Positions 42,265-51,987 of a stretch of 63,157 bases of DNA are shown here, piece by piece. Source of the stretch: a virus (taxonomy: Duplodnaviria > Caudoviricetes). The stretch spans positions 1-63,157 of the IMG/VR virus record IMGVR_UViG_3300027804_000072; one strand, given 5' to 3'. The position numbers were made by a program, and so were the translations under genes. The notes under the pieces are model-generated. The model ran no database searches and was not told the DNA's origin. It worked only from the letters and a program-made list of their open reading frames with translations. Position 1 is the first letter of the stretch, and each line of letters begins with the position of its first letter.

Positions 42265-44310
42265 TCACTTGGAGTTATCCTTCACGAACTTGATTTCACA
42301 GGCATCTGTAGTGCAGTACGACTCGCCGATAGCATCGGCGGCCATTCCAGCATAGACCCCCGAGAAGTCGATCGGAAAGAGGTTCATTGCCGCCTTCTCG
42401 TACTCCTCCTGAGTGATCTGAGTGTATGGCATCTGCGGATAGGTGAAGTTACCCGATGGCAGGAACGACACCGTCTTGAGCTGACCGTCATACATGTGTA
42501 GCACGGTTCCAACGTGGTCGGACTCGGTCTCCGGATCAAAGGAGATCGTGACCGATACCGAGTTGTCGGACCAGTATCTCTGAGCGGTAGCGGCCAGTGA
42601 CATCTTCTCAAAGATGGTGACGTCTCGTTCAGCACGCTCGGCTCTTGACTTGATCGGAAAGAATACGACCGACGTCGTGTCCGGAGACTCGCTTGCCGGC
42701 TCAACCTTGTAGTTCGCCATCTTGAATAGCTGAACCATCGGGTCGTCGTTCGAGAAACGAATAGCACGCATGAAGAACTTTCCACCAGGAGTCCAGTGCA
42801 CTCCAGGAGACTCGCCGGCAAGAATCGACACGGTGCCTGACGGCTTCACTGTCGTCATCTTGATCGACTCACGGATTCCTAACCACTCGGAGTACGTAAC
42901 GTCGTAGTTCTTGATCGTGTTATATCCGGCGTCCATCCACTCACGAAGAACTGGCATTCCGACACGGTCAGCAAAGTTAGCGACACCCGACATCGACGTT
43001 CCGATGCGACGGTTGCGCTGCATGATCGCGTTTGTCTCCTCCCAGTGCGTCGGGAGAAGTGTGACGGTCTTCGCATAGAGATACGCAAACTTGAGCGTGC
43101 GCTTGTAGTCCTCGAGACTGTCGTGACGATTTAGATATGTCTCGACAAGCGTGCAGCACTCGTACGACTCGAGCGACTGTTCTGCGCACGGGTTGTATCC
43201 GGCTACTCGATGGTCCTTGTTGTTGATCGGATCAGCAAGACGACCATACTTGCGCGACATGTCTAGCCAGATGACGCCAGGCTCTCCATTCAGCGCGATG
43301 CCTTCTACGATTCCGCTCAGGTCTTCACCGACGCTTGTCGTCACGGAGTTGTTTGACATCCAACCCCAGCCTGGTGCAGCAGGGTCGTATGAGTTACGCT
43401 CGGGAAACTTCTCGGCGTTCTTGAGGTTAAGGAAGTTCTCATCGTCAAGACGACCGAGCAACAGCTCGGCTGAACGGCGCACGTTGCCAGACACTACACA
43501 GACGCCGATGAGATTTCCGATGTCGGCGATATCAACACGCGTAAGCTTTTCGCCACCGCGTCCATTGAATAGTCTGCGGATGTGATTATGTAGTTTCTCG
43601 AGTGGCTCGTGCCCGGCGGCTGTACCGCCAAACGTCTTGATCGGTGCACCTGCTGGGCGCACAAGGCTGTAGTCAAAATCGATGATGTTCTGGTCTGGCT
43701 TTAGATATGAGTTCAACAGCAACGTCGTTGACTCGACCCAACCTTCACGGGTGTCCGGAACTTCGTAGACGTGATTGTTAGGGCCAGGCTTGTAGATCGC
43801 AAAGTCCTTGTCTGCGCCAAGATCGTCGAACCCTACACCGACACCGAGCATCGACGCTTCCATAAGAAACGCGAATGGTTTAGCAGGATTTGCCTTTGTC
43901 ATCTCGCCGGTTGAAACGAATGCGCAGTTCTGCAACGCAGCCGAGTTGCGATGTCTGTTCACAAGCTCGGTACCCATCACCCAAAGACCGCGTCCGGGTG
44001 GTGTCCACTTCAGATTGAATAGACGATCAAACGCGTCCTTGGCGCTTGCCTGCGCCTTCGAGTCGTTCCACGGCAGACGGTTTGTCTTACAGTGATCCTT
44101 TTGAAGCGAGTACATTCCGTTGATCACTCGCTCGCAGACGTCAACCCAGGTTTCCTTTGTCCCGTCTTCCTTTAGACGAGAATACGTGCGCAGAAACGTG
44201 ATCTCACCCACGGAGTTGCCGGCGGCGTCTGCGTAACCAAACGGCGCTTTCTTTTCTCTATAGCCGGCAACGAAGTCCTCACTGATGCGGAAAGAGAAAA
44301 TGCTAGACAC
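42265..44310 (-). CDS. nrdJ: adenosylcobalamin-dependent (class II) ribonucleotide reductase
   Basis: PPGRGLW, NCAF, GNVRRSA, NPCAEQ, TVKPSGT, C-terminal CTTDAC. Confidence 0.93.
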   Translation of the reverse strand: MSSIFSFRISEDFVAGYREKKAPFGYADAAGNSVGEITFLRTYSRLKEDGTKETWVDVCERVINGMYSLQKDHCKTNRLPWNDSKAQASAKDAFDRLFNLKWTPPGRGLWVMGTELVNRHRNSAALQNCAFVSTGEMTKANPAKPFAFLMEASMLGVGVGFDDLGADKDFAIYKPGPNNHVYEVPDTREGWVESTTLLLNSYLKPDQNIIDFDYSLVRPAGAPIKTFGGTAAGHEPLEKLHNHIRRLFNGRGGEKLTRVDIADIGNLIGVCVVSGNVRRSAELLLGRLDDENFLNLKNAEKFPERNSYDPAAPGWGWMSNNSVTTSVGEDLSGIVEGIALNGEPGVIWLDMSRKYGRLADPINNKDHRVAGYNPCAEQSLESYECCTLVETYLNRHDSLEDYKRTLKFAYLYAKTVTLLPTHWEETNAIMQRNRRIGTSMSGVANFADRVGMPVLREWMDAGYNTIKNYDVTYSEWLGIRESIKMTTVKPSGTVSILAGESPGVHWTPGGKFFMRAIRFSNDDPMVQLFKMANYKVEPASESPDTTSVVFFPIKSRAERAERDVTIFEKMSLAATAQRYWSDNSVSVTISFDPETESDHVGTVLHMYDGQLKTVSFLPSGNFTYPQMPYTQITQEEYEKAAMNLFPIDFSGVYAGMAADAIGESYCTTDACEIKFVKDNSK

Positions 44311-44338
44311 GATTACACCTCATTGTTGTTTGTAGCGA

Positions 44339-44584
44339 TTAGTGAATTAGTTCGCCCGAAAGGCTTCCAAGTATTTCAAGGCACGTCGGGCACATCGGAA
44401 AGCCAGCCTCGTCTCTTGACGGAACCCATATCTTCCCGCAGAGAGACGCTACAGCGGAGCCGTTGTTGTACGACTCTACAGCGTCTTGAAGCTCTACAAA
44501 ATGAGAAAAGAGATCGTGATCGCCCGGTTCAGATCCAATTGAGTGGATCTTTACGTGGTTAACTAAATCTGACATTCTGGACAC
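44339..44584 (-). CDS. DUF3039-like protein
   Basis: H.V...SLCGKIWVPSRD...PMCPTC. Confidence 0.75.
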   Translation of the reverse strand: MSRMSDLVNHVKIHSIGSEPGDHDLFSHFVELQDAVESYNNGSAVASLCGKIWVPSRDEAGFPMCPTCLEILGSLSGELIH

Positions 44585-45357
44585 CAGTAGAGCTTTCTTC
44601 CATCAACGTTTGACTGTTCAATCTTAGTATTGCATATTCTACACGGAAGTCCGGTACGCTTATAAACGTAGCTGAACTGCGCGTGACCGCCAATTGCCGC
44701 TTCTTCACTGGTTAAGTACTGCGGGTTTACGGTCTTTATGACGCCGTCAACTGCTCCAATACGCAAGAGCGCTCGAGCGTCGCACCAGATCTCATCAAAC
44801 TCGTCTCGACTTAGTTTATTGCCCGGCATCATCGGATCGATCTGAGCCCTAAAAAGCAGTTCGGCTCTGTACACGTTTCCGACGCCAGCAATGACTGCCT
44901 GGTTCATCAATAGAGACGCGATGCTCTTCTTACTCTTGGAAATATTATTCCAAGCCTGATCAGCATCAGCGTTCTCGTGTATCGGGTCAGGCCCAAGCTT
45001 TGCAGTGATAAGATGCATCTGCTCTTCCGTGATCAGCTCACACTTTGTAGGACCAACGAGATCAGATGTATATTCGTCGTTTTGCAGTCGTAGCCGTGTT
45101 GTATGCGTTGGCTGCTCTTGTGCTGCTTTCGTTAAAGTAAACCAACCATAGAGACCGAGATGCACGTGAACGATCGGTCTGCCAAAGTGAAGAAAAAGAT
45201 GTTTTCCGTGAGCGCTCGCGTGCGTCATAACCTGGTCGTCGATCTGACGAGCGTACAGTGCGAATCTTCCCTGTGGACTTGACGCCTTGACTTTTTTCCC
45301 GGCAAACCACTTTTCGTGGACGGTGGCAAGATGTCGTATCGTGTGTCCTTCAGGCAT
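44563..45357 (-). CDS. nei: Fpg/Nei DNA glycosylase
   Basis: MPEGHT, HGKHLF, HLG, H2TH AGVGNVY, C-terminal zinc finger. Confidence 0.9.
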   Translation of the reverse strand: MPEGHTIRHLATVHEKWFAGKKVKASSPQGRFALYARQIDDQVMTHASAHGKHLFLHFGRPIVHVHLGLYGWFTLTKAAQEQPTHTTRLRLQNDEYTSDLVGPTKCELITEEQMHLITAKLGPDPIHENADADQAWNNISKSKKSIASLLMNQAVIAGVGNVYRAELLFRAQIDPMMPGNKLSRDEFDEIWCDARALLRIGAVDGVIKTVNPQYLTSEEAAIGGHAQFSYVYKRTGLPCRICNTKIEQSNVDGRKLYWCPECQI

Positions 45358-45411
45358 TGCTCATATCATACAATAACGACGCGCAAAAATGTATGACGGG
45401 CAGTCAACTTT

Positions 45412-46341
45412 CTAAACTTTCTTGAGAAGTTTCAACGCTTTTTTCTGGTCAATAATCGCCAGATAAGACGACGCATCATCCTTACCAAATGAAATAACAA
45501 AGTTCCCGTCTTTCTCGATGATTCCTGCAGCGAACTCGATTCCCTTTGAGATGAAGCGAAACGGCTCACTCATCTCGATGACCCAGCCGTTGCGATCAAT
45601 TCTTACAAAGTAGTGATAGTAGTCTTTCTGTACGTCGTCTACGTATATCTGTCTTTCAACAAGAAACTTTTGATGACCTCTTGAGATAAGCAACTTGTGC
45701 ATGATCGCGATGTACGTCCCGTCCTCAAGTTCAAGCAGATGAGTGTTTCCTCGAAGACCAGCAAGGTTCTTGTTGTCTAGGAGACGCATGATGACCTTAC
45801 CGTCTTTGACTATTCCGTTTCCGTTGTAAACGTAGTCAAAGTGTGGAGACTTGTAGTTTGCTGTCATCCAGTTCTTCTCAGGCTTCATCGCGTTGACGCC
45901 TTCGTATAGAACTACTTTCTCAACATAGGTTGCCTTGTCGTTGAGGTAGCACTCACAGTATCTTGCTATCGGTATGTTTCGCTCCATAGCGACGGCGGTA
46001 AACATCCACCTGCCGTCACGACAAAGCAACTTAGCGTCTTCAACACCGCGGTACAGATCTACTCCACATCTAGAGAAGTCGATCGGTCTTAGGTTCTGCA
46101 GCTCGAGATCGTCGCTGAGCTCAGCAAACCAGACGTTGTTTCTAATCTTGTCTCCATATGTCACGCTAAGTTCGCCGTGCGGCAGAATAACATAGTTACT
46201 CGAGCGAAACGTAATCGCGTATCCCTTGAAGGGATTGATTCCAATAGACGGGTTGAACGCAGACCAAAGCTTGTCTTCCTTGTCAACCAATCTTCTTAGA
46301 TAGCGAATCTCGCCTCCGAGCTTTTCAAACGTAGAGTCCAA
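45412..46341 (-). CDS. putative beta-propeller glycan-modifying protein
   Basis: AFNPSI, GVEDAKL, EKNW, IEFAAG..ISFG..D. Confidence 0.6.
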   Translation of the reverse strand: MDSTFEKLGGEIRYLRRLVDKEDKLWSAFNPSIGINPFKGYAITFRSSNYVILPHGELSVTYGDKIRNNVWFAELSDDLELQNLRPIDFSRCGVDLYRGVEDAKLLCRDGRWMFTAVAMERNIPIARYCECYLNDKATYVEKVVLYEGVNAMKPEKNWMTANYKSPHFDYVYNGNGIVKDGKVIMRLLDNKNLAGLRGNTHLLELEDGTYIAIMHKLLISRGHQKFLVERQIYVDDVQKDYYHYFVRIDRNGWVIEMSEPFRFISKGIEFAAGIIEKDGNFVISFGKDDASSYLAIIDQKKALKLLKKV

Positions 46342-47119
46342 GAGGATACCGATCTATGACAGGAGATGTTTTCTTCGCTAGCGCGAGTATGTTATCGCCG
46401 ACGTCTTCTATCTCAAACCCGGCGTCTCGCAGCGCGTTGACAGCCTGGGTCAACCCGTCTTCAAAAAGATCCTCCGTCCACACCTTTGGAGTGAATCCAG
46501 CACTCTTTAGAACTTTTATAAGACTCGTCACCGAGTACTCATAGTTGTGACGATGGTACTCTCGGCTTCGATGATAGTGCATAAAGAAGTACGGCTCAAG
46601 ACCGCTAAGCATCTTTGTGATCCCTCGAGAACTTACGACGTTTGGTGTTGTCAAAAGAAGAGTGCCGCCGGTCTTGAGAACTCTGTTTACCTCGGCAAGC
46701 ATGAACATCGGGTCGATCTCCATGTGCTCGAGAACTTCACAGCACAGAACCGAGTCAAACGTCTCGTCCTTAACTGGCACTATTGAGTGCTCGAGGTCGA
46801 CGTTGTAGCAGCGGACCGTCGTGTTGTAGCGCCCCAGCGCAAACTCAACGTCGCTCGTTCCAGCCGTCTGCTCAGAATGATCGCGTAGACGAGTGCCGTG
46901 GATTTCTAGGTTTGGCAGAAGATGTTTGGCGACCATCGGGATAAATCCGCTTGTTCCGATCTCGAGCATCTTTCCACTTAGGTTTTCCCTAAAAAGCAGA
47001 TCCGCCGTCCTGGCCAATCTCGCGGTATGAACGCTGTGGTACTCATCGGCACCCTGAAGAACGTCCCGAACCACACTCTCCACACGTTCATGTATCTCAT
47101 TGTACGGATCCGTTTTCAT
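46325..47119 (-). CDS. class I SAM-dependent methyltransferase
   Basis: MLEIG, FDSVLCCEVLEH, RVLKTGG.LLLTTPN. Confidence 0.85.
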   Translation of the reverse strand: MKTDPYNEIHERVESVVRDVLQGADEYHSVHTARLARTADLLFRENLSGKMLEIGTSGFIPMVAKHLLPNLEIHGTRLRDHSEQTAGTSDVEFALGRYNTTVRCYNVDLEHSIVPVKDETFDSVLCCEVLEHMEIDPMFMLAEVNRVLKTGGTLLLTTPNVVSSRGITKMLSGLEPYFFMHYHRSREYHRHNYEYSVTSLIKVLKSAGFTPKVWTEDLFEDGLTQAVNALRDAGFEIEDVGDNILALAKKTSPVIDRYPLGLYV

Positions 47120-47246
47120 TTTTCTATCCTATCCTCTTCGTCCTCTCCCTCGTACACAACAATAACTGCGGCTGAAAAGTGACGGTTTTCATCATGGATT
47201 ATGATGTTGATTAACCGTTCACCGCCTTCCATAGGAGCGACTACAA

Positions 47247-48071
47247 ATGAGTCTGCCTTTCATCAAACTAGTAGTGCCAACCGCGCTGAAGCAGTACAAG
47301 AACGGGCAGTTGCCCGACTCTGTTCTGGCAAAGGTAAAGACCGGCGGACGCATGTATGCTCCGGTCGCCGAGCAGTTCAACGCTATGTATGACGCCGCTC
47401 TTGCGGCCGGCTTCAAGTTGAAGAACATCGGAGACTACCGCGGTTTTGAAGATCAACTCAAGATGTTCATGGATCGCTACACGACCACAGATCAAGGCCG
47501 TAGCCCACAGGTTACGCGCCAGTACGAGGGCAAGACCTGGTACCTCAAGCCAGGCAAGGCTCCAAGCGCCGCTCCCGATCCCACCGGCGTCAAGGGTTCC
47601 AATCACGGTTGGGGACTCGCCATCGACCTTGGTTACGACCAGGGCGGCAAGTTGACAGCGATGGGTGGAGCGTGCTTCGACTGGATGTGTGCGAACGCTC
47701 CTAAGTATGGTTTCTATCTTCAGACAGCAGACAAGAACTCCAAGGAGTACGAGGCGTGGCACTGGCAGTACTGCCTCGGCGACGCAACACCTAGCGGCGC
47801 GCCTGCTGCAGCACCCGCCGCGGCCGCTGCGCCAGCACCAGCCGCTGCGCCCGCCGGCGGTGGAATGAAGTTTGACTACCCCGGTTCGCCAGTGCAAAAG
47901 GGTTCAACAGGCGCGGCCGTTAAGCTCGTGCAGGCGGTCGTTGGCGTAACCCTCGTTGATGGTCAGTTTGGCAACGTTACAGCCGCTGCCGTCAAGGCAT
48001 GGCAGAACGCGAACGGCCTCAAGGGCGATGGTGTCGTTGGACCCGTCACCTGGAAGAAGATGTTCGGCTGA
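47247..48071 (+). CDS. endolysin: M15 (VanY-like) peptidase + PG-binding domain
   Basis: YR..Q, SNHGWGLAID, EAWHW; DGQFG...WQ..NGL..DGVVGP.TW. Confidence 0.88.
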   Translation: MSLPFIKLVVPTALKQYKNGQLPDSVLAKVKTGGRMYAPVAEQFNAMYDAALAAGFKLKNIGDYRGFEDQLKMFMDRYTTTDQGRSPQVTRQYEGKTWYLKPGKAPSAAPDPTGVKGSNHGWGLAIDLGYDQGGKLTAMGGACFDWMCANAPKYGFYLQTADKNSKEYEAWHWQYCLGDATPSGAPAAAPAAAAAPAPAAAPAGGGMKFDYPGSPVQKGSTGAAVKLVQAVVGVTLVDGQFGNVTAAAVKAWQNANGLKGDGVVGPVTWKKMFG

Positions 48072-48262
48072 TGGAAGCGATCATCGTCGCTATCATCGCC
48101 GCCGTCGGTGGTGTTCTTGCTGCTCTTGTTCAAAAGGGTCGCAAGGAAAACGTTCGCGATCACGCGATGGTCGTCGACGCACTTGGTCGAATTGAAGAAA
48201 AGATCGACGGCCATATCAACGACCATGCTGTCGGAAAGTTCCGTGCTAGAAAGGTAAGCTGA
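48071..48262 (+). CDS. putative holin / membrane protein
   Basis: MEAIIVAIIAAVGGVLAALV immediately after the lysin. Confidence 0.6.
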   Translation: MEAIIVAIIAAVGGVLAALVQKGRKENVRDHAMVVDALGRIEEKIDGHINDHAVGKFRARKVS

Positions 48263-48264
48263 CG

Positions 48265-48453
48265 ATGGGCAAGCAGAAGAAGTCAAGTGGCAGCAGCGGT
48301 TCGCGCACTAGAGTGAATCCGCTGACAGGTGCGACAGAAACTGTCCCTGGCACAAAGGCTGGAAAGAAGAGAACGCGCACGGCTCCTGGCGACCCCTTGC
48401 GCACTCACGTCTCTCTTGAAAAGAAGGGCAGCAAAAAGTCTAAGTCTAAATGA
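48265..48453 (+). CDS. small basic protein
   Basis: Lys-rich ORF. Confidence 0.55.
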   Translation: MGKQKKSSGSSGSRTRVNPLTGATETVPGTKAGKKRTRTAPGDPLRTHVSLEKKGSKKSKSK

Positions 48454-48564
48454 CGCAGTGAAAATGATTTATCCGCTGTAACTTCGAAAGGAGACTCTTT
48501 AATAGGGACGGCTGAAAAATCAAATTCTAGCGTCTTAGTTCTAAGCGCTACCTTAGGGGGATAC

Positions 48565-48591
48565 GGCCGCGGCTCGGAGGTGACCGCGGCC
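48565..48591. terminator. hairpin between convergent genes
   Basis: GGCCGCGG-ctcggaggtga-CCGCGGCC. Confidence 0.55.
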
Positions 48592-48614
48592 TATCTCGTT
48601 TCTACGTTAGTTGT

Positions 48615-49184
48615 TCAGTCGTCGCAGGGACGAGTCCATGGCTTGAAGCCACAGCGACCTCTTTGGTCAAGTTCGATGTACAACCGCCACGCAAAACCAA
48701 AACACGCTACAGGATCGTTTGCAAGTACGACCATCGGACCGTAGACCATCGCTACGTAGTCACGGTGCACCGCTGCGTTAATCTGCATAGCACAGTGATC
48801 TGTTCCGTTGTATTGCGGATGGCCAGGCTGCAACGTATTGTCGCAACGAGACTCCTTCCACGCTTCATCAAGAACGTCAGCCATCAGCTCGGGCGGCCAG
48901 CCGCCTGCGCGCGCTGCGTCGAACAGTTCAACACACCGCCCGTTTGCGATTACCTCAAGCCGAGCCGCGTCGTACGCAAGCTCCACAGGGTCAGGTGGAA
49001 GAGTCGTCGTGGTGGGTGGGAGAGTTGTCGTTGTTGTCGTTGTTGTCGTTGCATAGTCTATAGCGTCAACTCGCACTGGCTGTACGGGCGCTGTCTCTGT
49101 AGATGAATCTGTATTATTGACTACTCCAATAATTGCAGCTATCAATAGCGTAGGAACTACCAATATAGCTTTAATTGCTGACAT
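48615..49184 (-). CDS. secreted lytic transglycosylase (SLT-like)
   Basis: Signal peptide, Thr linker, KESRC, MQIN, GFKPW. Confidence 0.7.
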   Translation of the reverse strand: MSAIKAILVVPTLLIAAIIGVVNNTDSSTETAPVQPVRVDAIDYATTTTTTTTTLPPTTTTLPPDPVELAYDAARLEVIANGRCVELFDAARAGGWPPELMADVLDEAWKESRCDNTLQPGHPQYNGTDHCAMQINAAVHRDYVAMVYGPMVVLANDPVACFGFAWRLYIELDQRGRCGFKPWTRPCDD

Positions 49185-49198
49185 TTTTACTCCGTTCT

Positions 49199-49699
49199 CT
49201 AGTTAGTGCAACGGGTAGCCCAGGGACGCCACCCACACTTGTTTTTTACTTTGCTATAGTTAAACATCGCTAGTCCGGCACGAAGGTTGACTTCAGGGTT
49301 AAATAAGTCCTCGCATGTATTGAGGATTCCCTGGTCCTGAAGCCAGCCATTTTTGTTGTACCGGCTTGGGCGACACCAATAGCCGTTGATTTGTATGAGC
49401 CCGCGGCTTCCGCCGTTAGGGTCTTTCTTGTTGAAAGAACTTGTGTTGCATCTGCTTTCGCGATACATGACTCGGCTGAGAGTCTTCCACTCTTTTTCCG
49501 GCCAACCGACGTTGATAGCAAGATCTCGATATTCGCCACATGGCCCGTACACTAGACGAGCAAGCCCAACCCAGTCAACGCCTGAAAGATCTATCGGAGG
49601 CGCCGGCGGTGCGCTCTGAGCGGACACCGTCGACAACTGAACTGCGCCTCCTGAAAGCATCAGACCTGTAAAAAGTAAAAAGGTACCTACAATTTTCAT
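49199..49699 (-). CDS. secreted lytic transglycosylase (SLT-like)
   Basis: RESRC, GLIQIN, LFNPEVN, GWRPW. Confidence 0.8.
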   Translation of the reverse strand: MKIVGTFLLFTGLMLSGGAVQLSTVSAQSAPPAPPIDLSGVDWVGLARLVYGPCGEYRDLAINVGWPEKEWKTLSRVMYRESRCNTSSFNKKDPNGGSRGLIQINGYWCRPSRYNKNGWLQDQGILNTCEDLFNPEVNLRAGLAMFNYSKVKNKCGWRPWATRCTN

Positions 49700-49822
49700 G
49701 GCGGGGGCAGTCCTCTCAAAGGGAGCGTATGGGGGCTGTTAACTAGACCTTACCACAATTATTACGGAAATGTAACTATTGACGGTAAATAATGACATCA
49801 CGCCTAGGTGCACCGTCAAAAA

Positions 49823-50620
49823 TTAGATCAAACTGTTTCTCTTTCGCCACATTTTGTGTGATTTTCCGTGAGAGTTTACCGACCATGGTTTGGTTGGCCC
49901 AATGAAGTGAAGAATGGCTGGATCAATCTTTTTAGGATCCCAGTCCTTGTCTCCACAGTCTTCTATGTATGGATTTGCTCTCGTGCTCATCATAAAGTTG
50001 TACTCAATTGGCAGCTCTTCATTTTCATCGTCAAATGCAACCGCGAAGACATCTTGATCATTGTACTTGAACCTATCCGAGTAGGTTCTAATTGCCTCTT
50101 TAAACATCTGCACGGCGTTGATTGAATTCCACCTTGGCAGATTGGCAACAATGATTCCAGTGTTTATATAACGGCCTTCAGTGCCGTGAAGTCTAAGGTG
50201 ATGCTCGGGCTCTCTGTGATCAACTACTGCAATTGCCTTCTTTGGCTCGATGGCAAAGAGCTCGGTAAGATCTCGAAGAACAAGAATGTCAGCGTCAAAG
50301 TAGTAGGCGAAGTTGATGCCCTCCCAAAGAAGGTCCCCTAAAAGAAGCTTCGCGTACGCGATGATAGAAACATGGTTGTGTGTCGTAAGATCTTTAAGAA
50401 GTTCGCCCTTGGCACTTACATCGTAGAACCTAAGGTCTATCCCATGGGTGTCGGCAAGCTTTCTGATCTTAAACTTTGGATTCTGGCTAAGGTTTGCCCC
50501 GTGCATAATGTAAACCGGGTACTTCTTACCCGAGAACCCCCACACGTCCAAAATCGCCGGAAGAGCCTTGCCCGCGTACCCATCATCAAGCACGAACACA
50601 ATTGCCTTTTTCTCATTCAT
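49823..50620 (-). CDS. glycosyltransferase family 8
   Basis: YFDADILV, YINTG, DQD, YN, ILHFIG.TKPW. Confidence 0.88.
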   Translation of the reverse strand: MNEKKAIVFVLDDGYAGKALPAILDVWGFSGKKYPVYIMHGANLSQNPKFKIRKLADTHGIDLRFYDVSAKGELLKDLTTHNHVSIIAYAKLLLGDLLWEGINFAYYFDADILVLRDLTELFAIEPKKAIAVVDHREPEHHLRLHGTEGRYINTGIIVANLPRWNSINAVQMFKEAIRTYSDRFKYNDQDVFAVAFDDENEELPIEYNFMMSTRANPYIEDCGDKDWDPKKIDPAILHFIGPTKPWSVNSHGKSHKMWRKRNSLI

Positions 50621-50727
50621 CGCTTCCTCCTCTGGCTATACTACAATAACCGCGGCTGAAAAAATGAACCTAGACGGTACCAATTAGAATCTTCCTATTA
50701 AGTGCAGATTAGCTGAAGGAAAATAAA

Positions 50728-51453
50728 ATGGCAGCACAAAAAGGTATCGGAGTTGTTTTTCATTGCTCAGACTGTGACCCCTATGAAGTACGGTCTTACG
50801 GCTGGGGCGGTGAATGGCCCGGTTCGGACTGTGGCTATCACCTACTTACTGAAAATGCCAGAAAGTACATCCACGCTCATCCTGAAGAGAATCATACGTG
50901 GGAAGACATGATTTCCAAGGAGTGGGATGAAGAAGTAGTACCAGTACTTGCGCCCATAATAGATTTAATAGGCTCTAACATAAAAGAAGGTTATGAAGTA
51001 GTAAAAGATGGTGTAGTAGACGCATACAATTGGGTAGATGAAAATGCTTGTAACATAGCGGTGACTGCAGCAGTCTCAGCCGGGGTTGTTGCCTTCTTTA
51101 CACCAGCACAACCTGAAGGTGCGGCAACGTCATCTGCTCTATCAATTATGGCACAGCCGCTTCTTTATGTTGCAGATATGGCAACCAAAGCCGCGGTAGT
51201 AGCGGCAATGAGCGAAATCGTAACGGAGGGATTTCTACTAATACCATTCGTTAGCGAGAGCATTGACCACACGCTATTGAAAAACATAATCTCAAACTGT
51301 TTAGCCAAAAGCTTAGATTCAGCAGCTTTGTGGGCAACACCAGCGGGTGTTGGTATTGCAATCGGAGCAGCGGTTGCGCCTGTTATTGCAGATTTGATAT
51401 GCACAAAAACCTGCCCCGAGGGATTTACTAAAGCGTTTGATGCACATGTATGA
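50728..51453 (+). CDS. hypothetical protein with hydrophobic C-terminal half
   Basis: 241-aa ORF, AT-richer codons. Confidence 0.65.
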   Translation: MAAQKGIGVVFHCSDCDPYEVRSYGWGGEWPGSDCGYHLLTENARKYIHAHPEENHTWEDMISKEWDEEVVPVLAPIIDLIGSNIKEGYEVVKDGVVDAYNWVDENACNIAVTAAVSAGVVAFFTPAQPEGAATSSALSIMAQPLLYVADMATKAAVVAAMSEIVTEGFLLIPFVSESIDHTLLKNIISNCLAKSLDSAALWATPAGVGIAIGAAVAPVIADLICTKTCPEGFTKAFDAHV

Positions 51454-51856
51454 GTACCATGTCAAGAGGGTTACAAAGGTCGTAGACGGCGACACGATCG
51501 ACGTCGACATCGATCTAGGGTTTGATATCACTTTCTCGTCTCGAGTCCGTCTGGCAGGGATAGACACGCCCGAGTCACGGACGACAGATAAGGCAGAGAA
51601 GGTTCTGGGCCTCGAGTGCAAGGATTACCTCAAGAAGGCCATCGACTCGGCGAAGTCGATCGTCATCAAGACCGAGAAGCTCGACAGTTCTGAGAAGTAC
51701 GGCAGAATCCTCGGCTGGCTGTATCTCGACGGAGCGGACAAGTCTGTGAACGAGGCTCTTATCGCCGGCGGATACGCCTGGGAGTACATGGGCGACACCA
51801 AGGTGAAGGATTTTGACCTTCTTCGTCAGCGCAGAGCGGCAAAACCAGCCAACTGA
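51446..51856 (+). CDS. thermonuclease (SNase-like)
   Basis: VVDGDT, RVRLAGIDTPE, KYGRIL, N..L...GYA. Confidence 0.88.
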   Translation: MYEYHVKRVTKVVDGDTIDVDIDLGFDITFSSRVRLAGIDTPESRTTDKAEKVLGLECKDYLKKAIDSAKSIVIKTEKLDSSEKYGRILGWLYLDGADKSVNEALIAGGYAWEYMGDTKVKDFDLLRQRRAAKPAN

Positions 51857-51987
51857 CGTCGCGATCTATCCACCCTACAAAGTGCCTGGGTGTGGCCATT
51901 GATGTGATACGGTATTTCATACATCCTTAACCTTAAGGTTGTATACTTTAAATTGTACAAAAGACCGCCTCTAGGAGCGCAAAGACC

